The translations under genes and the position numbers were made by a program. A stretch of DNA of 64,000 nucleotides from an uncultured Acidobacteriota bacterium (GTDB lineage: Bacteria; Acidobacteriota; Vicinamibacteria; Vicinamibacterales; UBA2999): positions 422,158 to 486,157 of the forward strand of contig CAWEBU010000003.1 in the NCBI GenBank assembly GCA_963807405.1, given 5' to 3'. Below are positions 20,037 to 32,064 of the stretch, in pieces (position 1 is the first letter of the stretch; each line of letters begins with the position of its first letter). The notes below the pieces were generated by a model, which was not told where the DNA came from, did not search any database, and worked only from the letters and a program-made list of their open reading frames with translations.

Positions 20037-22430
20037 TCAGTGCCGCAGCGCCACCATCGGATCGACGCGCGAGGCCCGCCGTGCAGGTATCGCCGCCGCC
20101 GCCAGGCCGGTGGCCAGCAGCAGCGCCGCCACGGCCAGGAACACGCGCGGGTCGGTGGCGCTGACCTGGAAGAACATCAGGCGCATGGCGCTCGCCAGCG
20201 CCACGGCGAGGCCGACGCCGAGGGCCACGCCGACGGCCACCTGCGAGGCGCCCTGCCGCAGCACCATCCACAGCACGTCGGCCCGTTCGGCGCCCATGGC
20301 CAGGCGCACGCCGATCTCCTGCGTGCGCTTGCTGACCGAGAACGCCATCACGCCGTAGAGGCCGACGGTGGCGAGGAACAACGCCGCCAGTCCGAAGACC
20401 GTGAACAGGGTGCCGAACACGCGCCAGGCCCAGGTGCTGTCGTCGAGCAGGCGCTGCACGGTCACGACGTTGTAGATCGGCAGGTTGCGGTCCAGACCGG
20501 AGACGGTCTGCCGCACCGCGCTCGTGAGCGCCAGCGGATCGCCCGCCGCGTGGACCAGGACACTCACCGACTGGCTCGGCCGCTGCGCGAGCGGCAGGTA
20601 GAGATGCTGCAGAAGGGACTCGCCGGGATCGATGTCGGCCACGTCCTGCACGATGCCGACGATGGTGTGCCACTCGCCCGATTCACTGCTGAACGTCCGC
20701 ACCTGGCGGCCGAGGGCGCCCTCGGGGAAGAAGCGGCGCTGGAACTCCTCGTTGACGACGGCCACCTTCGGTGCCTCGGCCCCGTCAGCCGCCGTGAACA
20801 CGCGCCCCTGGCGCGGGCTCATGCGCAGCACCTCGAAGAAGCCATCGGACACACTCGTGACCTTGGCCCGCGGGTAGTCGCGTTCGTCGGGAAAGGCCTG
20901 GCCCGGCAGCACGACCGCGATCTCGGGGGCGGTCGGCGGACTGGAGGTGGCCAGTGCCGCCCGGACCACGCCCGGCACGGCGCTGACGCCGTCGCGCAGC
21001 CGCTCGGCGAAACGCGCACGGCTGGGTCCATCGGGATACTCGGTGGCCGGCAGCGTGAGGCGCGCGGTCAGGACATCTCGCGTGGCGATCCCCGGATCGA
21101 ACGCGGTGACGTTGCGGATGCTCTGGACGACCAGGCCCGAGACGACCAGCAGCGCGAACGACAGGGCGACCTCGCCGGTGACGAGCGTGCGCGAGAGGCG
21201 GCCGATACGGAGACTGGTGGTGCCGCGGCCTTCGTCGTTCAGCAGCGGCGCGACATCGCCGCGCGAGGCACGCAGGGCCGGCACCAGCCCGGCGACGACG
21301 GTCGCGAGCCCGGTGATGGCCGTGACGAAGCCGAGCACCACGCCATCGAGTCGCACGTCGATCCAGAAGGGCGGACTGGTGTCGGTGATGCCACGGTTGA
21401 ACATCTCGGCGCCGGCCCAGGCGATGGCGACGCCGAGGGCGGCGCCAATCAGGGCCAGCAGCAGGACCTCGACCAGGGTCTGCCGGACGATCTGCGAGCG
21501 CAGGGCCCCGAGCGCGGTACGCACGGCCACCTCGCGCGTCCGGTCGGCCGCCCGCGCCAGGACCAGGTTGGCGACGTTGACGCAGGCGATGACCAGCACC
21601 AGCAGCACCGCCGCCAGCATGACGCTCAGCAGGGTCACGACCTCGGCGCCGATGAACTCCTCGACATAGGGCTTCACCTCCACGGTGAGGCCGTCGCGAC
21701 GCCGGGGATCGTCCGCCGCCACCTGCGCGGCAATCGTCGCCAGCTCGGCCGAGGCCTGATCGCGGGTGACGCCGTCGCGCAGACGGCCGATGACCTCGAC
21801 GGTGGGCCGCGTGTCCTTGCCCTCGAGGGCCGCGTTCACGGACAGGGCCATCCACAGCTCCTGCACCACGGGGTAGGCGAAACCCGGCGCCATCACGCCA
21901 ATCACCGTCATCGCCGTGCCGTTCACGCGCAACGACTGTCCCAGCGCGTCGGGCCGGCCCTGGAGGCGGTCGCGCCACAGCCGATCGCTGACGATGACGA
22001 CCGGCTCGGCGCCCGGTGCCCCGTCCGCATCACGGAAGTCGCGACCGAGCGTGGGCGTCGTTCTGAGCATCCGGAACGTGTCCGGCGTGATCCAGGCGCC
22101 GCGATACCGTTCGGGCGTGCCGTCGGGCCCGACCACGTTGGCGCTCGTCATGTAGCACGCCGTCAGGTACTCGAAGCTCGACTGGCGCTCGCGCCAGGCC
22201 GCGAACTCCCACTGCGTGGCATCGAGGTCGTCGCTCCCGGCGATGTCGAACGGAGCGGCGTGGAGGATGCGCTCGGATGCCTCGAACGGCAGGCCGCGCA
22301 GGACCGCCCCGTTCAGGATGCTGAACATCAGCGTGGTCAGGCCGATCCCGAAGGCGAGCGCCACGACGGCCAGGAGGGAGGTCATCGGCTGGCGGCCGAT
22401 CATGCGGAAGGCGAGCCGAAGGTCGGACAT
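20037..22430 (-). CDS. ABC permease, ADOP/MacB-FtsX duplicated type
   Basis: MSDLRLAFR, ACVNVANL, RTQEIGVRLAMGA, PARRASRVDP. Confidence 0.92.
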   Translation of the reverse strand: MSDLRLAFRMIGRQPMTSLLAVVALAFGIGLTTLMFSILNGAVLRGLPFEASERILHAAPFDIAGSDDLDATQWEFAAWRERQSSFEYLTACYMTSANVVGPDGTPERYRGAWITPDTFRMLRTTPTLGRDFRDADGAPGAEPVVIVSDRLWRDRLQGRPDALGQSLRVNGTAMTVIGVMAPGFAYPVVQELWMALSVNAALEGKDTRPTVEVIGRLRDGVTRDQASAELATIAAQVAADDPRRRDGLTVEVKPYVEEFIGAEVVTLLSVMLAAVLLVLVIACVNVANLVLARAADRTREVAVRTALGALRSQIVRQTLVEVLLLALIGAALGVAIAWAGAEMFNRGITDTSPPFWIDVRLDGVVLGFVTAITGLATVVAGLVPALRASRGDVAPLLNDEGRGTTSLRIGRLSRTLVTGEVALSFALLVVSGLVVQSIRNVTAFDPGIATRDVLTARLTLPATEYPDGPSRARFAERLRDGVSAVPGVVRAALATSSPPTAPEIAVVLPGQAFPDERDYPRAKVTSVSDGFFEVLRMSPRQGRVFTAADGAEAPKVAVVNEEFQRRFFPEGALGRQVRTFSSESGEWHTIVGIVQDVADIDPGESLLQHLYLPLAQRPSQSVSVLVHAAGDPLALTSAVRQTVSGLDRNLPIYNVVTVQRLLDDSTWAWRVFGTLFTVFGLAALFLATVGLYGVMAFSVSKRTQEIGVRLAMGAERADVLWMVLRQGASQVAVGVALGVGLAVALASAMRLMFFQVSATDPRVFLAVAALLLATGLAAAAIPARRASRVDPMVALRH

Positions 22431-22503
22431 GGGCTGCGATACGCACATCACCGGACGGTTGTTCCTCGCCGCGGACGGCCGCCCGGTCGGCTACAGTAGA
22501 GCG

Positions 22504-23085
22504 ATGAGCATGTCAGTCCGTTTCGTTCGCACCGTCGCCCTCGCGGCCGCCCTGGCCGCCGTGCTCACGCCGACCCCGGCCTCGGCCGACCTGCGGGCCA
22601 CCGCCTTTGCCGGCGCCACCCGCATCAACGACACCAACAAGGGCACCTACGGGGCCGCCGTCACCTTCGGGGGCCTGCTCGGCATCGAGTTCGACGCCTC
22701 GCGCATTGCGCTCGGCAGCCTCGACAACATCGACTTCGTCGACGTCAAGGCCAACGTCACGACCTACATGGGCAATCTCGTGCTGCGCGCACCGACCGGC
22801 CCGATCCAGCCCTACGCGTCGGCCGGTGTCGGCGTGGTGCGGGTCACCGGCGACGTCAACGTGCCGTTCGTCGGCAGCCTGGTGAGTGCCAGCGCCCAGG
22901 ACGTGGCGTGGAACCTGGGCGGCGGCGTCTACATCCTGCCGACGCCGACCTTCGGCCTGCGCGCCGACGTGCGCCGCTTCCAGACCGGCGACGTGTCGTG
23001 GGACGACATCACGGGCCTGGGCGATCTGCCGCTGCCGAAGTTCGACTTCTGGCGGGCGACGGCCGGCGTCACGATCAAGTTCTGA
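22504..23085 (+). CDS. Outer-membrane beta-barrel protein
   Basis: Signal peptide, QPYASAGVG, WNLGGG, C-terminal Phe (GVTIKF). Confidence 0.8.
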   Translation: MSMSVRFVRTVALAAALAAVLTPTPASADLRATAFAGATRINDTNKGTYGAAVTFGGLLGIEFDASRIALGSLDNIDFVDVKANVTTYMGNLVLRAPTGPIQPYASAGVGVVRVTGDVNVPFVGSLVSASAQDVAWNLGGGVYILPTPTFGLRADVRRFQTGDVSWDDITGLGDLPLPKFDFWRATAGVTIKF

Positions 23086-23112
23086 CCCCGCCTCCCCGCC
23101 TCCGCCTCCCGA

Positions 23113-25128
23113 TTACTCCAGGTTGTCGATCGGCACCGGCGCCAGCGTGTCGGCCGGCGTGAAGCCGAAGACCTTGCCGTAGAAGTAGAGCTCCGACTCG
23201 AGGGCGCGCACGATGTTCTCCGCCTTGCGGAACCCATGCTGCTCGCCTTCGAAGGTCACGTAGGAGACCGGCAGGCCCTTCTTCCGTACGGCGTCGGCCA
23301 TCATCTCCGACTGCTGCGGCGGCACGACCTTGTCGTCGAGGCCCTGCAGCAGGATCAGCGCGCAGTTCAGACGGTCCACGAAGTGGATGGGCGAGCGGTC
23401 GCGATAGGTGGCCTGCATCGCCGGATACGGTCCCACCAGCGAGTCCATGTAGCGGGACTCGAACTTGTGCGTGTCGGTGGCCAGCACTTCGAGGTCGCTG
23501 ATGCCGTAGTAGCTGGCGCCGGCCTTGAACGTGTCGTGGAAGGCGAGCGCGGCCAGCGTCGTGTAGCCGCCGGCGCTGCCACCGCGGGTGATGAGGCGCG
23601 CCGGGTCGGCCTTGCCCGCCGCCACCAGGTAGTTGGCGGCGTTGACGGCATCCCGCACGTCCACGATCCCCCACTGCCCGTTGAGGCGGCGGCGATAGGC
23701 GCGGCCGTAGCCGGTGCTGCCGCCGTAGTTCACGTCGACGACCGCGAAGCCACGCGTCGTCCAGAACTGCACCTCGGAATCGAAGACCGCGTCGGTCGCC
23801 CCGGTCGGCCCGCCGTGGCTGAGCACGAGCAGCGGCGGCAGCGTGCCGGCCGGCGCCGTGAACCCCGGGTTGGTCGGCGGGTAGTAGAAGGCGTGGGTCT
23901 CCTGGCCGGCGCTGTCGAAGGTCACCGCTTCGGGCGCCGCCACGAAGGCCGCGTCAAGGGTGTCCTGGCGCGATCGCCGCAGGATCTCGGCTTCGACACC
24001 GGCGAAGCTGACCCGCGTCACGGCCGGACCCTCGGTGGATGAGCCGCCCACGAAGTAGGCCTCGCGCGAGGTGGCCACCAGCGATTCCAGCGGATCGAGC
24101 GTCAGGTCGAGCGGCTCCATCCGCCGCGGCTCGAGCGACAGCAGGCCCATGCGCCAGCGTCCCTGCTCGGTCCACGTCGCCACCAGCCGGGTGGCCGACT
24201 GGAAGGCGTAGGTCGTCATGCCGAAGGACCACTGCGGCTTGCCGAAGTCAGCCTCCATGGGATGGATCGGCTCGACGGCGCTGCCCCGCTGCCGGTAGAG
24301 ATTCCACCAGCCCGTACGGTCCGACACGAAGAAGAGCACGCCATCGGGCGACCATGACGGCTGGAACACCGATTCGTCGGCGCCGCCGGCGACCAGCGTC
24401 GGCGTCAGCGGCCGGCCCGCGGCGTCGAGGTCGGCCACGTAGAGCGCGGTGCCGTCCCACGGCATGTTGGGATGGCTCCACTGCAGCCACGCCAGGCGCC
24501 GGCCGTCGGGGCTGAGGATCGGATCGGAGTAGAAGTCCGCGCCCGACGCCAGGACGGTGCCCGCCGAGGGCGCCCCGCCGCCCAGGGGCACGGCGACGAT
24601 CGCCGCAGGCGGCTGACCGTCGCCGCCGGTGTGGTCCTCGCGCACGCACAGCAGACGGCTGCGCGCGGCATCGACGCGGCACTGCGCGTAGAAGTAGCCC
24701 TCGGGCGTGAGGGCCTCTTGCGGCCGGCCGGCGGCGAACGCGTAGAGCTTCTGATCGGCGAAGTTCGAGGCATAGACGACGCCCCGGTGCACGGTGTAGG
24801 CGGCACCGCCGTACTCGTGCACCCGGCTGCGCACGTTGAAGTCGCGCGGCGAGACGTCGACCGGCGGCGCCCCCGCCCGCTTGCGCACGAGCACGTTGCG
24901 TCCGCCTTCCGAGGCGCGGCCTTCGAGCCAGTAGAGATCGTCGCCGTCGACCACGATCTGCCCGAGCCTGAGCGCGCCGGCCGTGGCCCGCGCCGCCGTG
25001 AGCGGCGAGGCCCAGGCGCCGTAGGGCGCTTCTGCCGGGGCCGGCCCGCTGGTTGTCGTCGTGTCGTTGCCGCACCCCACCGCCATGGTCAGAACCCCCA
25101 CCGCCGCCGCGCATCGCATGGCAGACAT
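23113..25128 (-). CDS. S9 family peptidase (prolyl oligopeptidase/acylaminoacyl peptidase), lipoprotein
   Basis: HGGPT, GGSAGGY, QGLDDKVVP, EQHGF; lipobox AVGC. Confidence 0.93.
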   Translation of the reverse strand: MSAMRCAAAVGVLTMAVGCGNDTTTTSGPAPAEAPYGAWASPLTAARATAGALRLGQIVVDGDDLYWLEGRASEGGRNVLVRKRAGAPPVDVSPRDFNVRSRVHEYGGAAYTVHRGVVYASNFADQKLYAFAAGRPQEALTPEGYFYAQCRVDAARSRLLCVREDHTGGDGQPPAAIVAVPLGGGAPSAGTVLASGADFYSDPILSPDGRRLAWLQWSHPNMPWDGTALYVADLDAAGRPLTPTLVAGGADESVFQPSWSPDGVLFFVSDRTGWWNLYRQRGSAVEPIHPMEADFGKPQWSFGMTTYAFQSATRLVATWTEQGRWRMGLLSLEPRRMEPLDLTLDPLESLVATSREAYFVGGSSTEGPAVTRVSFAGVEAEILRRSRQDTLDAAFVAAPEAVTFDSAGQETHAFYYPPTNPGFTAPAGTLPPLLVLSHGGPTGATDAVFDSEVQFWTTRGFAVVDVNYGGSTGYGRAYRRRLNGQWGIVDVRDAVNAANYLVAAGKADPARLITRGGSAGGYTTLAALAFHDTFKAGASYYGISDLEVLATDTHKFESRYMDSLVGPYPAMQATYRDRSPIHFVDRLNCALILLQGLDDKVVPPQQSEMMADAVRKKGLPVSYVTFEGEQHGFRKAENIVRALESELYFYGKVFGFTPADTLAPVPIDNLE

Positions 25129-25229
25129 CTGGGCATCTTACTTGCGGAGCCGTGGCGGCACCCGGGCTTCCGCGCGTGGGTCCTGGCGCCTGTTCCCGGT
25201 TCCTCGTGCCGTGCAGTTATAGTGTCGGC

Positions 25230-26162
25230 GTGGCGAAGCTGGGCGTGGTCGTGCCGGTCTACCGGGGAGAAGCAACACTCGAGGAGCTGCACCGGCGGCT
25301 CACCGAGACCCTGGCGGCGCTGACCGAGGACTGGCAGATCGTCTACGTGGACGACGGCAGCCCCGACCGGTCGTGGCCGATCGTGGAGGCCCTGGCCGCG
25401 CAGTCACCGCGCGTGACGGCCTTGCGCCTGATCCGCAACTACGGCGAACACGTGGCCATCACGGCCGGACTCGACCACGTGGATGCCGACTACGTGGCGA
25501 TCATCGCCTGCGATCTGCAGGACGATCCGGCGGCCCTGCCGGCGCTCGTCGCAGCAGCCGAGACGACCGGGGCGGACCTCGTGCTGACGCGCCGGCTGCG
25601 TCGTCAGGACGCCCTCGTCAAACGCACGCTCGCCCGTCTCTTCTATGCCTTCGTGCTGGTGTTCGCCAAGGTGCACTACGACCATCGCGTCGGCAACTAC
25701 CGCCTGCTGTCACGCCGCGCCGTCACGCTCTTCTGCCAGTACCGCGAACGCACCCGCAACGCCAACGCCATCATGGCGATCATGGGCGTGCCGACGACCA
25801 CCGTGGACGTCCAGCACCACGCGCGGGCCGGCGGCACCAGCGGCTACTCGCTCTACCGGTCGGCGCGGATGGCCTTCCACGTCCTGGTCGGCTACTCGGA
25901 AGTGCCGCTGCAGCTCGTCGTGATGCTCGGCGTCACCATCACGACCGTCGCCGCGATCGTGCTGGCCCGTGCCGCCGTCACCGCGCCGCACCCGGACCAG
26001 GCGGTACAGGCCATCCACATGGCGACCGCGCTGCTCGTGCTGATCGGCGGCCTCATCATCCTCGCCATCGGCACCGTCGGTGTCTACCTGACCAAGAGCT
26101 TCGTCGAGACGATGAAGCGTCCCTTGTACTTCGTCGCCGACCGAAAGGGGCTGCCGACATGA
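25230..26162 (+). CDS. GT2 glycosyltransferase (GtrB/ArnC-like)
   Basis: VVVPVY, VDDGSPD, RNYG, CDLQDDP, two C-terminal TM helices. Confidence 0.88.
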   Translation: MAKLGVVVPVYRGEATLEELHRRLTETLAALTEDWQIVYVDDGSPDRSWPIVEALAAQSPRVTALRLIRNYGEHVAITAGLDHVDADYVAIIACDLQDDPAALPALVAAAETTGADLVLTRRLRRQDALVKRTLARLFYAFVLVFAKVHYDHRVGNYRLLSRRAVTLFCQYRERTRNANAIMAIMGVPTTTVDVQHHARAGGTSGYSLYRSARMAFHVLVGYSEVPLQLVVMLGVTITTVAAIVLARAAVTAPHPDQAVQAIHMATALLVLIGGLIILAIGTVGVYLTKSFVETMKRPLYFVADRKGLPT

Positions 26163-28358
26163 CCCGTTGCGCCATCCGCTCGTGCGCCGTCGTCCTCGCG
26201 CTGGCCGTCTCCGCCTCGCCGCTGGCCGCGCAGGCGCTGCCCACGGCGGCCTCACCCGAAGCGGTGGGGCTGTCGAGCGACCGCCTGGGCCGGCTCACGC
26301 GCGTCCTGAAGGACGCCGTCGACGCCCGCCATGTCGCCGGCACGGTCACGATGGTGGTGCGCGACGGCAAGGTCGCCTACCTGGAAGCCGTGGGCGTCAG
26401 GGACATCGCCACCGGCGCCGCCATGTCGCCCGACACCATCTTCCGCATCGCCTCGATGACCAAGGCGGTCGTCAGCGTCGGCATCATGATGCTGGTCGAG
26501 GAAGGCCGCCTCGCGATCGCCGATCCGGTGTCGCGCTACATCCCGGCCTTCGCGAAGACGACGGTGCTCGGCACGCTCAACGGACGGGTCGCCGTCGTGC
26601 CGGCCACCCGCGCCATCACCATCCGCGACCTGCTCACCCACACCGCCGGCATTTCGTATGGCATGGGGGCGCTCGAGCCGTACTACTCGCGGGCCGGCTT
26701 CACGCAGTGGTACTTCGCCGACAGGCGCGAGCCGATGACGCCGTGGATCGACAAGCTCGCGACGCTGCCCTTCGACGCCCAGCCCGGCGAGCGCTGGGTC
26801 TACGGCTACAACACCGACATCCTCGGCAACGTCATCGAGCGCATCACCGGCCAGACGCTGGCCGCCTTCATCGAGGAGCGGATCGCCACGCCGCTCAAGA
26901 TGGTCGACACCGCGTTCTTCCTGCCGGCCGGCAAGGAGACGCGACTTGCCGCCGTCCACGTCGTGGGTCCGGACGGCACCATCACCCGCGCCGAAGACGG
27001 CCACGCCGGGCAGAGCGCGGTGCCGCATTCGGGACAGGGCGCCTACGTGCAGGGGCCGCGGGCCGCCTTCTCTGGCGGCGCCGGCCTGCTCTCGACCGCG
27101 CAGGACTACGCCCGGTTCATGCAGATGATGATGAATGGCGGCGAGCTCGACGGCGTGCGCCTGCTCAGCCCCACCACCGTGACGCTCATGACCTCGAACC
27201 ACGTCGGCACGCTGTACCAGAACGGCGCGCTCGGCTGGGGCCTCGGCTTCGAAGTGGTCGAGCAGACCGGCCGCGCCCCGCGCTACGGCGGCAGCGGCGA
27301 GTTCTCGTGGAGCGGCGCCTACAGCACCACCTACTGGGCCGATCCGGCCGAGAAGCTGGTCGTCGTCTATCTGAGCCAGCTGCTGCCGGCGGGCGTGACC
27401 ACCCCCACGAGCCGCGTGCGGACGCTGGTCAATCAGGCCATCATCGGCCCGCCGGAACCGGTGGGCACGCCGGTGCCCGCGACGGCGCCCGCCACGGCCC
27501 GGCAGGGCATCGACCTGTCGTCCGCGACCGATAAGGACGCCGCGGCCATCGCCCGCGACTACCAGGTCGTGCGCGACGTGCGTTACGGCCCGGACAATCG
27601 GCAGGTGATGGATCTGCATCTGGCGAAGGATGTCTCTGGTCTCGGCTCCAGCACCTTCACGATCGTGTTCCTGCACGGCGGCGGGTTCTCCTTCGGCAAC
27701 AAGTCCGACAACACGCGCTACATCACGCCCTTCCTGCGGAAGGGGCTGAACGTCGTCAACATGAGCTACCGGGTCGGGCAGGGCGTCGCGATCGCGACCG
27801 AGGATCTCACCCTGGCGCTGAACCACCTGGCGGCGACGGCCGACACTCACCGTCTGCGCCTGGACCGAGTCGTCGTCGGCGGTTTCTCGGCCGGCGGGCA
27901 GATCGCCAGCACCGTGGCCCTGGCGCGGCAGCGCGCCGCCTACCCGTTCCCGCTGGCCGCCGGCATCGGCTTTGCGGCCATCCTCAACTTCTCCGGCCCG
28001 GTCGACGGGCTGGAGGTCGTCGAGAAGGTATTTCTCGACTACCCGACTGAAGACTTCAAGGCCATCGGCCGGAATCTCTACCCCTCGGGCGGCCGATTCA
28101 CCCGCGACGAGATGCTGCGTCTGTTCACGCCGATCACCGTACTTCGATGAGACGGCGCCGCCGTATTTCCTGTCGCACGGCGGGCGCGACGACCAGATCC
28201 CGGCGTCGACCTTCGAGCGCTTCAAGGCCAGGCTCGCGACCTCCAATGTCCGTCATCACGTCGCGTTCTACCCAGAAGCCGGACACAGCAAGAACGCCGA
28301 GCAGCTTCGGGAGACGTTCATCGACGTGTTCCGGTTTCTGGATGCCCTGCCGCGCTGA
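26159..28358 (+). CDS. Serine hydrolase (beta-lactamase class C-like) fused to an alpha/beta hydrolase; apparent frameshift near 28139
   Basis: IASMTK, LLTHTAG, PGERWVYG; then FLHGGG, GFSAGG; C-terminal SHGGRDDQI..AGH in the shifted frame. Confidence 0.8.
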
Positions 28359-28388
28359 CGCCGATGCCGCCCGCCGGGGCCTCCGCGC

Positions 28389-29289
28389 GTGCTGACGCCG
28401 CTGCCTGACCCGGTCGTCGTGACCTTCGCGGCGCTGGCTGTCGCGATGGTGGCGTTGTGGGCGCCGCGTGTCTGGGCCTCGCCGCACGCCCGCTCGCTGT
28501 GGGTGGCGCCGTTCGGCATCGCGCTGCTGCTGGCCCAGTCCACCGGCATCGTCGAGACACGCGGCCTGATCGCGCTCTTCGTGCTCATCACCGTCACCCG
28601 CGCCGGGCATCACGCCCCGGACGGGCCGCTGCGCGGCTTCGCCCTCGCCGTGATGCTGGCTCTCGGCGCCGGCCTGCTCCTGCATGCGGTACCCGGCTTC
28701 GACAATCCGCGCCTGCTCGACGGCGTGCGGCTCAGCCCCGACTCGGCGCCGTACACGAAGTACCTGAACTTCGACAAAGGCGTGCTGGGACTGTTCCTGC
28801 TGGGACTCTATGCGCCGAAGCGCGACGCTGGCGCGATCGCCTGCCGGCACCTGGTCCGCCGCGTTCTGGCGCTTTGGCGTCATCGCCGCCGTGGTGATGC
28901 TGCTGGCCGTGGCCGCCGGCTACGCGCGCTGGGATCCGAAGCTGCCCTCGTGGTGGACAGCGTGGCTGGCCAGCATGCTGTTCTTCACGGCCCTGCCGGA
29001 GGAGGCCGTCTTCCGCCATGTCGTCCAGGGCGGCCTGCAGGCGTGGCTGGGCCCGTCGCAGCGAGCACGCTGGACGGCGCTCGGGGCCGGAGCGGCCCTG
29101 TTCGGCCTGGCGCACATCGGCGGCGGCGGGATCTACGTGCTGCTGGCCACGGTCGCGGGTCTCGGCTACGGCCTCGTCTACGCCATCACCGGCTCGGTCA
29201 TGGCCGCCGCGGTGGCGCACACCGGACTGAACCTGCTGCACCTTCTGTTCTTCACCTATCCCGCACTGCAGACCGCGACGCCCCTCTGA
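28389..29289 (+). CDS. CPBP (CAAX/Abi) intramembrane metalloprotease; apparent frameshift near 28820
   Basis: YLNFDK, EEAVFR, FGLAH, AHTGLN. Confidence 0.8.
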
Positions 29290-29372
29290 CCGCGGATGCC
29301 CGTCTGACCGCCCACCCGGACCGTCCGTCCGACGGCCGGCGGGGCCGCGGACGGTGGCCGTATACTCGCGCC

Positions 29373-31245
29373 ATGCTGCCCGCCCGTCTCTCCCGCCGCC
29401 TGTTTCTCGGCGTGTCCGCCCTGGCCCTCGCGGCGACCGTGCTCACCGCGCGACAGCCGGCGGCGCCTGCGGTCAATCCCGCCGCGGCCTTCGACGTCCG
29501 CGACGAGATGATCCCGATGCGCGACGGCGTCAAGCTGTTCACGAAGATTTTCACGCCGAAGGATCAGACCGGCCCGCTGCCCTTCGTCTTCCGCCGCACG
29601 CCCTACGGCATCGACGGCGCGGCCGGCTCCTTCACCCGCTACTACAAGGCGCTGGCCGACGAGGGCTACATCTTCGTGTTCCAGGACATCCGCGGAAAGT
29701 TCAAGTCCGAGGGCGAGTTCGTGATGCAGCGCCCGGCCCGCGCGCCCGGCGACACGACCAGCCTCGACGAGGGCACCGACACCTACGACACCATCGAGTG
29801 GCTGCTCAAGAACGTGCCGCAGCACAACGGCCGCGTCGGCATGCTCGGCGTGAGCTACGACGGCTGGACGACCATCATGGGCGCCATCGAGCCGCACCCG
29901 GCCCTCAAGGCGATCTCGCCGCAGGCCTCGCCCGCCGACATGTGGCTGGGCGACGACTTCCATCACAACGGCGCCTTCCGCCTGAGCTACGCCTTCGAAT
30001 ACGCCACGATGATGGAGACCGGCAAGGACGTGAAGAACTTCGAGTTCGATCGCTACGACACCTTCGACTGGTATCTGTCGCTCGGCCCGCTCAGCGCCGT
30101 CAACCGCAAGTACCTGCGGGAGTCGATTCCGACCTGGAACGACTACGTCCGCCATCCCGACTACGACTCGTTCTGGAAGCGGCAGACGCTCGTGCCGCAC
30201 ATCCGCTCGGTCAAGGTGCCGACGCTGAACGTGGCCGGCTGGTGGGATCAGGAAGACTTCTACGGGCCGCTCACCATCTACGAGGCGCTGGAGAAGCACG
30301 ACACGGCCGAACCTCAACTACCTGGTGGTCGGTCCGTGGAATCACGGCGGCTGGACGCGGCGACGGCACGGCGCTCGGCGCCGATTCCGTTCGGCAGCGA
30401 CACCGCGGCCTACTTCCGCGACGACGTGCAGGCGCCGTTCTTCGCCTACTTCCTCAAGGACAAGGGCACGCGCGACTTCCCGGAGGCGCTCACCTTCGAG
30501 GCCGGCACCAACCAGTGGCGCCGCTGGGACCAGTGGCCGCCAGCGCGGCAGACCGAGACCGTCGGCCTCTACTTCGGCGCCGACGAAGCGCTGCGCATCG
30601 GCACGCCGCCGGCTGCCGGCGTCACCGGCTCCGACAGCTTCGTCTCCGATCCCGCGCATCCGGTGCCCTATCGCCAGCGCCCGATCCAGCCCACCTACTT
30701 CCCCGGCGGCTCGAAGTGGTCGACGTGGCTGGTCGAGGATCAGCGCTTCGTGGACGACCGTGCCGACGTCCTGAGCTGGGAGACGGCGCCGCTCACCGCC
30801 GACATGACGATTGCCGGCGAGGTGGTGGCGAAACTGTTCGCGTCGACGACCGGCACCGACGCCGACTGGATCGTCAAGCTGATCGACGTCTATCCCGAGC
30901 ACCATCCCGAGAACTGGAGCCTGGCCGGCTATCAGCTGATGGTGTCGAACGAGGTGTTCCGCGGCCGCTACCGCCAGGGCTTCGAGACGCCGGCGCCGAT
31001 TCCGGCCGGACGGGTCCAGGACTACACCTTCAGCCTGCACACGCAGAACTACACGTTCAAGGCCGGCCACCGCGTGATGGTGCAGGTGCAGAGCACGTGG
31101 TTCCCGCTCATCGACCGCAACCCGCAGACCTTCACGAAGAGCATCTTCGATGCCGAGGAACGCGACTTCGTGACGGCGACCCACCGCGTCCACCGCAGCG
31201 CCGCGCTACCCGTCGCGCGTCGAGGTGCCGGTCGTCCGCCACTGA
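29373..31245 (+). CDS. CocE/NonD family hydrolase (alpha-amino acid ester hydrolase-like); frameshifts near 30310-30380 and 31200
   Basis: PMRDGVKL, RTPY, QDIRGK, GVSYDG, WDQED, VGPWNHGGW, VQSTWFP. Confidence 0.88.
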
Positions 31246-31300
31246 CGCGGCTGGCGCGGCCTCGCCAGCCGCGGTGCCGCCGGCAACGGCAGCGGCCGGT

Positions 31301-32064
31301 CTACGCGCGGTCCGCGATCACCGTGAGGCCGCCCACGGTCAGCACGATGCAGGCGCCCGGGAAGAGCGCCAGCCACGGCTCGGTGGTCATCGCCGACTGC
31401 GCCTGATAGAGCATGCTGCCCCAGGTGGCGGAGGGCGGCTGCACGCCGACGCCGAAGAAGCTGAGCGCCGATTCAACCAGGATGGCGCGTCCGACGGCCA
31501 GCACCGCGGCGGTGCGGATGGCGCCGGCGGCATTGCGCAGCACGTGCCGCCACACCACGCGCACGTGGCTGGCGCCGGCCGCCATCGCCGCCGTGACGTA
31601 GTCGCTGCCGGCCAGTCCGCGCACGGCGGCCCGGGTGACGCGGGCGGTCTCCATCCACCCGACGGCGCCCACCAGCAGCACGAGCGCCGGCACCCCCGGC
31701 TGCAGCGTGGCGGCGGCCACCATCAGCAGCAGCAGCCGCGGCATCGAGAGCACGGCGTCGGTCGTGCGCATCAGCACGGCGTCGAGCCAGCCGCCGACGT
31801 AACCGGCGGCGGCGCCCACCGCCACGCCGACGCTGACGGCCACGAAGGCCGAGAGCAGGCCGATGGCAATCGATACGCGCCCGCCGAAGAGCGCGCGGCT
31901 GAAGACATCGCGGCCGAGGTCGTCGGTGCCGAACCAGTGCGCCAGCGACGGCGCCTCGCGGCGGTTCGCCAGGTCGAGCGCGTCCGGCGCGTAGGGCGCC
32001 AGCAAGCGGCGCCACGAGAGCCGCCAGCGCCAGCACGGCCAGGAACACGGCTGCCCTTCTTCAT
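31301..32064 (-). CDS. Peptide ABC transporter permease (DppC/OppC-like); frameshift near 32005
   Basis: HWFGTDDLGRD, ESALSFFGVG..WGSML. Confidence 0.85.

Noticed and set aside
28389..31406. Apparent 1005-aa CAAX protease-CocE fusion
   Set aside because: It arises from frameshifts. The two genes have separate stop and start signals (TGA 29289; TATACT-N6-ATG 29373).
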